A stretch of 31,469 bases of DNA, from positions 5,077-36,545 of the forward strand of contig CAYRXJ010000001.1 in NCBI GenBank assembly GCA_964428235.1, read 5' to 3'. The position numbers and the translations under genes are program-made. This document shows, one piece after another, positions 1-7,546 of this stretch; position 1 is the first letter of the stretch, and each line of letters begins with the position of its first letter. Origin of the DNA: an uncultured Candidatus Bathyarchaeia archaeon (GTDB lineage Archaea; Thermoproteota; Bathyarchaeia; 40CM-2-53-6). The notes under the pieces were generated by a model. That model was not told where the DNA came from. It saw only the letters and a list, made by a program, of their open reading frames with translations, and did no database searches.

Positions 1-436
1 AGTTAAACCGTGAAACTGAGCAATATGCCATTCAAGAACTCAGCGCCTTCTTAGCACCAGATAGTTCACCCAGTGGTGTTTCGAACAGATAGGCTCTTTA
101 TTTTCTAATACATGCCTTACTGAATCGCAATGAGTAGAGAGATATCTGAGCGAGAGACTGGCTATAGCTCCCATAAAGTACCCTCGACGCTCGAGACCTC
201 AGCCGTCGTGCTGGAAATATCATCACCCGAAGATCGATCAACCTTTCCGATCGAATCCCTTCGGCCGAGATGAGTGACCCCAACAATTCTCGAACCTCGC
301 GAGTTCCGATTAGACTCAAAATGAACCCGGCGTACGCTCGATAGAATATCTTCACATACACTGGAAATTTTGCCAAAACATAGTCCGGCGGGGACGCGAG
401 CCGCGCCCTAACCCTGATTCCTGAAGAAACACTCAT
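1..436 (-). pseudogene. Hypothetical protein, possibly disrupted. ATG 436, TAA at 98-100; the frame continues with protein-like sequence to a TGA at 32-34 and on to the window edge
   Basis: ATG at 436 with an ATTAAT TATA-like box about 30 nt upstream, divergent from the AKR gene. Translation past the stop gives IRK*RAYLFETPLGELSGAKKALSS*MAYCSVSRFN. Family not identified. Confidence 0.35.
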
Positions 437-482
437 CCGGTTAATAGCGCCACTCTCTAACAGATTAATGTTGAAGTCATAG

Positions 483-1331
483 TTGAAAGGCCCAGAGAAC
501 AAGTTGCAAACAACTGTGGAGCCATTCGCCAAGCTGAACAATGATCTGAGCATTCCGCGGCTGGGCCTTGGTGTTTACCAATCAGCACCCGGCCAAGCTA
601 ACCGACGGGCAGTCGAGTATGCCCTAAAAATCGGATATCGACACGTTGACACTGCCCGGATCTATGGAAATGAAGCAGACGTCGGTAGAGCGCTCCGCGA
701 GAGTGGTGTTAACCGCGACGATGTTTTCATAACTACAAAGCTCTGGAACAGTGACCACGGATACGAAAACGCGATCAGGGCATGTGAACAAAGTCTCAAA
801 CGGCTCGGATTGAAGAGTGTCGACCTTTACCTAATCCACTGGCCAGTCCAAGTTGTCAGAAACGAGAGCTGGAGAGGACTAGTAAAGTTGCTAAGAGACG
901 GAAAATGCCGCTCTATCGGAGTCAGCAACTATACCATCCCACATCTAACCGAGCTACTTGAGAAGACGGATGTCGTTCCAATGGTTAACCAAGTCGAGTT
1001 TAGTCCGTTTCTCTACCAGAAGGAACTGCTAGCTTATTGCGAGACGAAAAAGATTCAGCTCGAAGCATACAGCCCGCTTACTCAAGGGGAAAAGCTCAAC
1101 GACCCGGCAATCCGGAAGATAGCTGGAAAACACAACAAGACACCAGCACAGGTCCTAATTCGCTGGGGACTGCAGCACGATCTGGTAACAATTCCGAAGT
1201 CGGTCCGGGAAGAGAGAATCAGAGAGAACAGCGAGGTATTCGATTTCTCCTTGACAGACGACGACATGCGAGTTCTTGATTCACCGAACGAGAATTTCCG
1301 TAATTCGTGGGACCCGACCACGGTAGCCTAG
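483..1331 (+). CDS. Aldo/keto reductase (AKR5 / 2,5-diketo-D-gluconate or glyoxal reductase-like)
   Basis: Motifs LGLGVYQ, GYRHVDTARIYGNE (catalytic D/Y), ITTKLWN (K), DLYLIHWP (H), IGVSNY, IPKS. TTG start. Confidence 0.95.
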   Translation: MKGPENKLQTTVEPFAKLNNDLSIPRLGLGVYQSAPGQANRRAVEYALKIGYRHVDTARIYGNEADVGRALRESGVNRDDVFITTKLWNSDHGYENAIRACEQSLKRLGLKSVDLYLIHWPVQVVRNESWRGLVKLLRDGKCRSIGVSNYTIPHLTELLEKTDVVPMVNQVEFSPFLYQKELLAYCETKKIQLEAYSPLTQGEKLNDPAIRKIAGKHNKTPAQVLIRWGLQHDLVTIPKSVREERIRENSEVFDFSLTDDDMRVLDSPNENFRNSWDPTTVA

Positions 1332-1369
1332 GGGGTTCTCCTAGAACAAGGTCGGAGAAGAGAGGTGTT

Positions 1370-1876
1370 CTAGAAGGCGTTGCCACAAGAGCCGCAGAAC
1401 TTGGTCCCAGCGTTACTGCGTGCACCGCACTTGCTACAAACAATTCCTTGCATCTGGGCTGGTTGCTGCGGGACCATTCCTCCCATCTGCATTGCAGGCA
1501 CCATTCCTGCATATCCTGTCGAGAAGGGTGCCTGGAACCGGGATATGTTCGATCTTATGATCCCGTACGCCTTCTCAGCGTCACTGTTCGGGAGATCGGC
1601 GAGATTCAATGGGTCGCCTCCAAACCTCAAGGTGATCTTGACCGTGGATCTTAGTATTCCCTTGTCGAGAATCGCATTCGCGACATCTGTATAGTTGAAA
1701 TCGGTAAAATCCTTTTTCAAACCTAGACTGTGAGGATGTCGCAGAATGATTCTTTGCGTTGTGAGGACGACTGAGTCGATGTTGATCTTTGGGTGATAGA
1801 TCTTCTGCTGGATGAAGAGCTCGACTTGCTCTCCGGGACCAAGAACCCTTTCGATGTCTGGAGGAACGTTCCCCAA
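1370..1876 (-). CDS. Bacterial-type PH domain protein with C-terminal double zinc ribbon
   Basis: N-terminal beta-rich bPH-like region (SVVLTTQRIIL...DFNYTDVANAILDKGILRSTVKI), an M/Q/G/P-rich linker, then CSKC...FCGSCG. TTG start. Confidence 0.8.
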   Translation of the reverse strand: MGNVPPDIERVLGPGEQVELFIQQKIYHPKINIDSVVLTTQRIILRHPHSLGLKKDFTDFNYTDVANAILDKGILRSTVKITLRFGGDPLNLADLPNSDAEKAYGIIRSNISRFQAPFSTGYAGMVPAMQMGGMVPQQPAQMQGIVCSKCGARSNAGTKFCGSCGNAF

Positions 1877-1964
1877 TTCTGCTGCCTTCAGAACTCGTTC
1901 AAGTGATCGCTAATATCTATGTTTCAGTACCCGACTTGACAGATTTGAGGATTAGACTCCAGAA

Positions 1965-2204
1965 TCAAGTCAACAGACTGGCGGTCGCTTTGGTAAGTTT
2001 TCGGATCTCTTCTTCCAGGGGGTCCAGTTCTTGCTTCTTGTATTGGAAGGGAACGCCAACGACCATGCAGAACCATTCGGCCATTTCTTTTGAATCGGGA
2101 AAAACGAAGACTGTTCCGTCCATGGTCGTTACGGTCCATCCGTTCTCCACCTGATCGATCTTGTAGGAGAGCTTGATGCTTCTAATGGTCGAGAATTTGT
2201 CCAT
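1965..2204 (-). CDS. Small hypothetical protein (79 aa from ATG 2204; alternative GTG 2213)
   Basis: Non-overlapping ORF co-oriented with its neighbours. Plausible beta/alpha core and a coiled-coil-like C-terminus (LDPLEEEIRKLTK). Confidence 0.6.
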   Translation of the reverse strand: MDKFSTIRSIKLSYKIDQVENGWTVTTMDGTVFVFPDSKEMAEWFCMVVGVPFQYKKQELDPLEEEIRKLTKATASLLT

Positions 2205-2358
2205 GTCAAGCACCTAGGGAACTGCGGTCGAGCCTGACCTCTAGGGAGGTTGGGCGTGTCGCCTCATAAAGAGGCTTCCTCACGAGCAATATGAGAGTGG
2301 TGTTCCCGTACCCCATCTGATTCAAGTGATCTTTGGGGTTAGACCGATGGGACCCGTC

Positions 2359-2829
2359 TCAGAGGGCTATTTTCTCCACGCTGAAAGGGTGGACTCTTCC
2401 TTCAATCCAGAGACCTGCATAGTTCTGGTTGCGTGGAATCCATTCGAGGCGCACATTGCCAAGCTCTTTGATCAGGTGCTTAGCTCTCTGGTTGAGAGAT
2501 ATCAGCTTCGGCTCATTGACCCTCCACTCCCCGTTCGTTTGATTGACAATCAGCTTAGAATCTGAACGGATGAGACTAATTTTTCCCGGACCAGATAACT
2601 CGTCTTGTCTGTCATTGGTGGACTTTGCGATCAGCGAGAGTGCTCCGAGCAAGGCTTCATACTCGGCCTCGTTGTTCGTCTTGTCCCCGATCAATTCTGA
2701 GTAGACCCTGATCTTGCTCGGGTCAATGAAGTCCGATGATTCAGAATATGCTATAGCGATTCTCGCGCTGCGAGCTTTGGTCTTCTGTTCGTTTCCAAGA
2801 CTTCCTCCATCGATGTAGTAGACGGGCAA
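2359..2829 (-). CDS. rnhA: Ribonuclease HI family protein
   Basis: YYIDGG, TNNEAEYEAL, RSDSKLIVNQ.NGEW.V and EWIPR motifs. Start reassigned to TTG 2829 because the ORF-track extension overlaps the upstream gene. Confidence 0.85.
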   Translation of the reverse strand: MPVYYIDGGSLGNEQKTKARSARIAIAYSESSDFIDPSKIRVYSELIGDKTNNEAEYEALLGALSLIAKSTNDRQDELSGPGKISLIRSDSKLIVNQTNGEWRVNEPKLISLNQRAKHLIKELGNVRLEWIPRNQNYAGLWIEGRVHPFSVEKIAL

Positions 2830-2854
2830 TTTGAGGTCACATTGAAACTGGGAT

Positions 2855-4453
2855 TTAGGCCGGAAATGTCCAGCCAAACATCCGCATAATGAACGGCGTA
2901 ATGTCCGCCTCAATCAGTCCCGCGAAAAGAAACAAAGGCGAAAGGCCAACTGCAACGTAGACCGCAAGGCGCAAGGTTCTCCAGGGAAATTCGTCGCTCT
3001 CCGGGCCCCGACGTAGTCTTGCTCTCAGCGCCGCGTATCCGAGCTTCATTCCCACCGAACCGGAAATAAGTAGCGAGGGGATCTCGATTATCCCGTGTGG
3101 TAAGATAGCCGCATAGAACATGGTCATGCTCGGCGAGAGTTGTGGACCGGCAAGGACTCCCAGAATGAATCCGTTGAATAATATTCCTGTAAATGCTGGT
3201 GCGCCAAATCCAATGCCAGACGTCGCTGTCGCAATGGATACCAGCCAATTGTTCAGAAATATGTCGAGCCCGAGAACAGGGACCGCTCCGGTGAACTGTC
3301 GAAAGTCCGGATTGCCATGGCCCGGTTGATATCCCTGCCCGAGAAAGTAACTGGCTACCCCGCTGATAGATACGTGATATCCGAGATAGATCCCAATCGA
3401 GATCGCGGCGATCGAGAGAGCATGAAACGGGTAGTTTCTCGGCCCCACAACATACCAGAACATCTCTTTGAGTCCTGCCCGGATCTTTGCCCAAGTTGCA
3501 CGTGGTAAGCGCGTGAAAACGTCGTACCAAACGTGTTGTGAGACCTGAAACGGCATCTCAGCAACAGCTGGTCCTGACTGATAGTAGATTGCCGTCTTCG
3601 TTAGATGCAACACTGGGGTCAAAGCGATCCCTAGTGCGACAGCCATGAACGCCGCGAACATGGTAACGCCAAGCGGCTTTGCAAGAGTCGCGAGAAGAAG
3701 GAGAAGGGCTTGAAACAGGATTCTCACGACAGCATATGTCAGAGTGAGCCCAAGATTGTGACTTGCAACTCGAAAGCTCTGCCTAATTGCAGTTAACCCT
3801 GATGCGCCATCGACAACAACTGCCGCATAGGCGTATGTCGTAAAGATCGACATTATCAACGATGCTGCAAGAAGTGGCTGTAGAATACTGAGGCCAGTAA
3901 CAAGCCCGATCAATCCGGCAGTACTAGTTATAGCGGTTGCTGAAGCGAGGATGATCAGCAAGCCAATTGCGGCTGGACCCCAAGTGATCAAATTCGAGAG
4001 AAACAAAGTCCAAGCCATCTGCCTCCATCGCTTGGAGCCATGGGAAACAACCGATGATATAGAGGCACTATCGTTATTCCAGGCCTCAAAGTAGGTTCCA
4101 TATTCAGACGAGTAGATCCAGCCGCCTCCGAAGATCACGACAAGGACTCCAGCAGCGACTACTCCTGCAGTCAATAGTATGTTGGTGAACCAAAATGCAG
4201 GACTCAGCAGGATAATTGTGATTCCTCCAGATAGGAGTACGGCTACTAGTCTCGCCAGTTCGGAGTTTCCAGGGTCATTTGTTATCAATACGATAATCGA
4301 GGTGGTGACTATCGATTGAAGGATCAGTGAAAGCGCCGATTGTAGCATCGAGGGAACGATAATTGCCGGGTGATTTCTCCAGGTCCAGTAAGCCCGTTCG
4401 AGAATCTTGTCGAAGAAGACCCTTTTTACACCCAATATCGCGTTCGTGAACAT
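2855..4453 (-). CDS. Polytopic membrane protein: N-terminal multi-TM domain fused to a C-terminal SpoIIM (DUF95)-like domain
   Basis: C-terminal FLNNW...GILFNGFILG, ILPHGIIEIPSL and LFAGLIEA.ITP match the SpoIIM family pattern. The N-terminal ~290 aa has about 6 hydrophobic segments. Confidence 0.8.
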   Translation of the reverse strand: MFTNAILGVKRVFFDKILERAYWTWRNHPAIIVPSMLQSALSLILQSIVTTSIIVLITNDPGNSELARLVAVLLSGGITIILLSPAFWFTNILLTAGVVAAGVLVVIFGGGWIYSSEYGTYFEAWNNDSASISSVVSHGSKRWRQMAWTLFLSNLITWGPAAIGLLIILASATAITSTAGLIGLVTGLSILQPLLAASLIMSIFTTYAYAAVVVDGASGLTAIRQSFRVASHNLGLTLTYAVVRILFQALLLLLATLAKPLGVTMFAAFMAVALGIALTPVLHLTKTAIYYQSGPAVAEMPFQVSQHVWYDVFTRLPRATWAKIRAGLKEMFWYVVGPRNYPFHALSIAAISIGIYLGYHVSISGVASYFLGQGYQPGHGNPDFRQFTGAVPVLGLDIFLNNWLVSIATATSGIGFGAPAFTGILFNGFILGVLAGPQLSPSMTMFYAAILPHGIIEIPSLLISGSVGMKLGYAALRARLRRGPESDEFPWRTLRLAVYVAVGLSPLFLFAGLIEADITPFIMRMFGWTFPA

Positions 4454-5305
4454 TTAGGCAATTCCACCTTGGACGGTTGAATACTCAGGGAAGAGCCGCG
4501 CAATTTCTGGTTCAAGTTTAGAATGGTAATAGAAGTGCTGGGTAGGACCTTTCACCGAAAGGTCGATCCAGAACAGTGAGAACGCACCTATAGTCAGGTA
4601 GACCAGGACGAGGGCACCAGTAAGCCCAAGAATGATCCCAGAAAGCAGCTCTAGAACCGAGATCGCTAACATCGATACGCCCAATATGTCTCTAGGATTG
4701 ATCCCCATTTTGGTTGTCAAGGGTATGCTCCTTCCTCTGTTTCTGAGTGTTCTGTCGACATCCTCTAGAACGAGGCTTTCCATTCGATCGTGTCTTGCAA
4801 GGTCCCGCGAAAGCCGCCATTGAGAAACTGCGAGAAAAAACCAGCCGACAAATGGGATTATTGAAAGTAGAGCCCACAGAATTGCACCTCGGTCTTTCTC
4901 ACTCGCTGCTAAATTGCGGAAACCTACTTCCGTCGTATTCAAGAGCAGAAGCGATTGTTGATCCGAATCACCGACTTCTTTTCGCAATGTATCAATTGCG
5001 GCCCAGAGCATGGATCTGCTTCTGGTAGAATGCTCGTTCATTCTATTGAGCAGCTTGAAGACAAGATAGGCGGTTCCGGAGGAGAGACCTAGCCCGGCGA
5101 TTGCGAGTCCGCTAAATAACACCGTTAGATCAACAATGACTCCCGCTTCGGAAGACCAAAGTGCGATCGCCACAACAGCCCACAAGAGATAGTTTCCAAG
5201 AGAAAGTAGCAGCCATTTGATTGGGATCTCAACGTCGGTTCTAGCTCTCATCTGAAGTAGAGTAGCAATGCTAGCAACCGGGCCGCGAAGCTGCGAAGAC
5301 GACAT
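4454..5305 (-). CDS. Membrane protein, paralog of the adjacent DUF4234-like gene
   Basis: Colinear similarity to 5330..6172 (FKLLNRMNEH, WRLSRDLARHDRME, GPTQHF). Its TAA stop directly abuts the next ATG. Confidence 0.75.
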   Translation of the reverse strand: MSSSQLRGPVASIATLLQMRARTDVEIPIKWLLLSLGNYLLWAVVAIALWSSEAGVIVDLTVLFSGLAIAGLGLSSGTAYLVFKLLNRMNEHSTRSRSMLWAAIDTLRKEVGDSDQQSLLLLNTTEVGFRNLAASEKDRGAILWALLSIIPFVGWFFLAVSQWRLSRDLARHDRMESLVLEDVDRTLRNRGRSIPLTTKMGINPRDILGVSMLAISVLELLSGIILGLTGALVLVYLTIGAFSLFWIDLSVKGPTQHFYYHSKLEPEIARLFPEYSTVQGGIA

Positions 5306-5329
5306 GTGTAATCGTAAGATGGAACAGTA

Positions 5330-6172
5330 TTAGCTCGGCGGCGGAGCGGGCAGTGGTGGGGGAATGGGTGCGGAGGCCATCGTTCCTGAAAGCTGGGCCA
5401 TGATCGTGTCTTCCATAAGCATTTGTTGTCTGAAGTGGTTGTTCGGATCCGTGACCAGTACGTAGACCCAGTAGACCCCGAAGATACTTCCGGTAATTAG
5501 TGTCAGGACGAAGTAGAGAGCGAAGCTCCGTTCAGGTATTGGTGGATTGCGGTATGGGAAATTAATGGGAACACCTAGGGCATTGAAGGTCCTTAGCATG
5601 TCGTTGATGAACAGGTCCTCTCTTCTCTCATGTTTGAAGAAGTCTCTCATGAGAAAGTAGGCGACATAAATCCAAAGCAACGGTGCCATCAGTCCGGCTA
5701 ACGAAAAGAGAGTAGCATTCTTCTCGATCTCGTCCAGCCGTCCCTCTCGAACGCTTCTCTCCATATTATTGAGAAGAACAGAGACATCGACCCCTTTCTT
5801 TGATGCTAGCTCCCTCGCGATGCTGACCAAATCCTCCTGAAGAAGGATCTGGCGGTTGAAGTGGGCGTTCCGTCGCTTGACGAGCTTGAAGATCAAGAAC
5901 GCGACAAGGATCAGCACGACAAAATAGGCCAGATAATAGAAGGCGATCGCACCGAAAAATCCGCTTAGTACGGCGGTAGCAGTAGCGTTTGAAGGTGTTC
6001 CAGCGGTCATCGTTGATAGCGAGTTGAAGAAAAATGCGACAAAGAGAACAGTTGCAATTACTCCCACTATTATCGGCACGAGTGGAACCACTGCCCATGC
6101 ACCAGACATTTGCTGGTCGCTTTCGAGCCGTGTCCTGAGATCGCGCCTGAGATTCTCCAGTGGGATACTCAT
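5330..6172 (-). CDS. DUF4234-like membrane protein with Pro-rich C-terminus
   Basis: ERSFALYFVLTLITGSIFGVYWVY..D.N.H resembles DUF4234. ATG 6172 is preferred over TTG 6193; CTTAAATA box at 6209-6216 on the minus strand. Confidence 0.75.
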   Translation of the reverse strand: MSIPLENLRRDLRTRLESDQQMSGAWAVVPLVPIIVGVIATVLFVAFFFNSLSTMTAGTPSNATATAVLSGFFGAIAFYYLAYFVVLILVAFLIFKLVKRRNAHFNRQILLQEDLVSIARELASKKGVDVSVLLNNMERSVREGRLDEIEKNATLFSLAGLMAPLLWIYVAYFLMRDFFKHERREDLFINDMLRTFNALGVPINFPYRNPPIPERSFALYFVLTLITGSIFGVYWVYVLVTDPNNHFRQQMLMEDTIMAQLSGTMASAPIPPPLPAPPPS

Positions 6173-6253
6173 TGTTCGCTGCCCTGATTTCAAACGGTTC
6201 GATTTTTCTATTTAAGACAATTGAGAAAACTTGGGAGTCAATCTTGGTCAGGC

Positions 6254-6260
6254 TTTAAAT
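6254..6260 (+). promoter_or_regulatory. TATA box of the tRNA-Gly gene
   Basis: TTTAAAT ending 28 nt upstream of the mature tRNA 5' end. Confidence 0.6.
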
Positions 6261-6327
6261 GACCGGGGTCTTCGGGTCTGGTTTTGTGCGGCCGTGGTCT
6301 AGCCTGGTCTATGATATCAGCCTGCCA

Positions 6328-6345
6328 TTGCAGTGCTCTGCAGAA
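6328..6345 (+). other. tRNA intron 1 (18 nt, canonical position 37/38)
   Basis: Central helix CTGC(6322-25)/GCAG(6340-43) with 3-nt bulges CA|T and AA|C. The intron-side outer helix is weak (relaxed BHB). Confidence 0.88.
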
Positions 6346-6360
6346 CGCTGACGACCCGGG

Positions 6361-6386
6361 AAACCGCCTAGACAGCGGTTCGGGAA
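6361..6386 (+). other. tRNA intron 2 (26 nt, non-canonical position 53/54)
   Basis: BHB with central helix CCCG(6355-58)/CGGG(6381-84), bulges GG|A and AA|T, and intron helix AACCGC/GCGGTT closing a 7-nt loop. Confidence 0.9.
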
Positions 6387-6423
6387 TTCAAATCCCGGCG
6401 GCCGCACCAGAAACCCACTCTGC

Positions 6424-7440
6424 CTAAAGTCCCATGCTGTTAATTACGTTACCAGAGTTTCCATCGACGACCAGTACGATTTTGTTCCCTTTGTGATCAT
6501 ACCTCACGAACCATATGGGAACGTGAAGAAGTTCCGCATCCGAAACATCCTCCTGCGACGATATCTGCTGGATCATGTGATATTTCGCGTGAGCCTTCTG
6601 CGACTGCAGCTGATCGACAAGAGTCTTCGCCTGGTATTTTGCAGCATCCTCGCTAATATCCCCGTTGAGAGTCTTGATACCCTTTGGGAATTGTGAGATA
6701 TCGAACAATGTTCGTTGTTCAAGAGCAAACTGATAATCGTGGGGCTGATAGACCGTAAGGGCCTTCAACGCAATTATCGGAAAGTTGTAGTTCTCGTTCA
6801 TCTGCACCGCTTTCCTGTCTCCACCTCCCGTGCCGCGATTCATCATTGACCCCAGCATTGCACCCTCCAACAAGGGGGCACCGCCAAAGCCTCCCCGACG
6901 ACCCCCGCCCATCCCGCCAGCAAGTACTCCAAAGAGCGCGGCGGTTGTCGCGACCGTAGCGCCTTCCGCAACCATATCGGTTGCGACAATCGAGGTTCGA
7001 GCAGAGACTCCTACAAGCCAGTAAGGGACAAGCGAGAGAGTCATTTCTTCGAGACTAGAGCTTTCCTGCAGATGCCGGTTCAACAATCCCTTGTCCATCA
7101 TCGTTCTTACTCGAGTAGTGATCTCTTCAGTGCTTGGAATCCTCAACGGGAGCATCGTCTGTTTGTCGATGTTTGCCCAGCCAGCATTCCCAAGAGTAAT
7201 GCTACTACCGCAATATTCGCAAGTGATTATCATCTCACCGAACTTTGGCGCGATCGGCGCGCCACAACTCGGACACTTCAAGGAAGTCGCGCCTGATGGC
7301 GCTATCACCGGAGAGGTCGTTGTTGATTCACCACCCGACTGGGTTTGGCTGGAAGATTGAACTTGAGCGAGTTTTGCTCCGCACTTGGAACAGAACGCTG
7401 AGTCGTCCGGAAGTTGAACTCCGCATTTTGAACAATACAA
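6424..7440 (-). CDS. Multi-zinc-ribbon protein (double zinc ribbon plus CPSCG..CEYCG) with Gly-rich insert and conserved C-terminal beta domain
   Basis: YCSKCG...FCSKCG, KCPSCGAP...TCEYCGS, LVPYW, VPIWFVRY..G...VVDGNSGNV. Start reassigned to TTG 7440 (MYCSKCG). Confidence 0.8.
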   Translation of the reverse strand: MYCSKCGVQLPDDSAFCSKCGAKLAQVQSSSQTQSGGESTTTSPVIAPSGATSLKCPSCGAPIAPKFGEMIITCEYCGSSITLGNAGWANIDKQTMLPLRIPSTEEITTRVRTMMDKGLLNRHLQESSSLEEMTLSLVPYWLVGVSARTSIVATDMVAEGATVATTAALFGVLAGGMGGGRRGGFGGAPLLEGAMLGSMMNRGTGGGDRKAVQMNENYNFPIIALKALTVYQPHDYQFALEQRTLFDISQFPKGIKTLNGDISEDAAKYQAKTLVDQLQSQKAHAKYHMIQQISSQEDVSDAELLHVPIWFVRYDHKGNKIVLVVDGNSGNVINSMGL

Positions 7441-7546
7441 AGCGTATGCCAGCCAGTCGAGATGTTCAGAGTGATTTGAACTTGGTCTTGGTCGATAGTC
7501 TCTTGGGCTCAATCCTATAACCCTCGACGCTGTTTTCTAGGATAGT

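Larger units (their letters stand above)
6288..6409 (+). tRNA. tRNA-Gly(GCC) with two introns and encoded CCA
   Basis: Acceptor stem GCGGCCG/CGGCCGC, discriminator A and CCA (6407-6409). Anticodon stem TCAGC/GCTGA with GCC at 6324-6326. T arm CCGGG-TTCAAAT-CCCGG. A cloverleaf is restored after removing 6328-6345 and 6361-6386. Confidence 0.95.

Noticed and set aside
2290-2370. Minus-strand CTGAGA...ATCACTTGA...GGGAAC resembling a TPP riboswitch, and + strand AGGGAACTGCGGT (2216-2228) resembling a cobalamin riboswitch start
   Set aside because: The TPP P2/P3 GGGG and P5 GATAATGCC elements are absent, and the B12-box and P4-P6 elements are absent.
6361-6423. tRNA-Gly 3' end as an integration (att) site for the accessory left region
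   Set aside because: I saw no second copy of the tRNA 3' sequence and no integrase in the window. The short TTCAAATCC match inside leuS is incidental.
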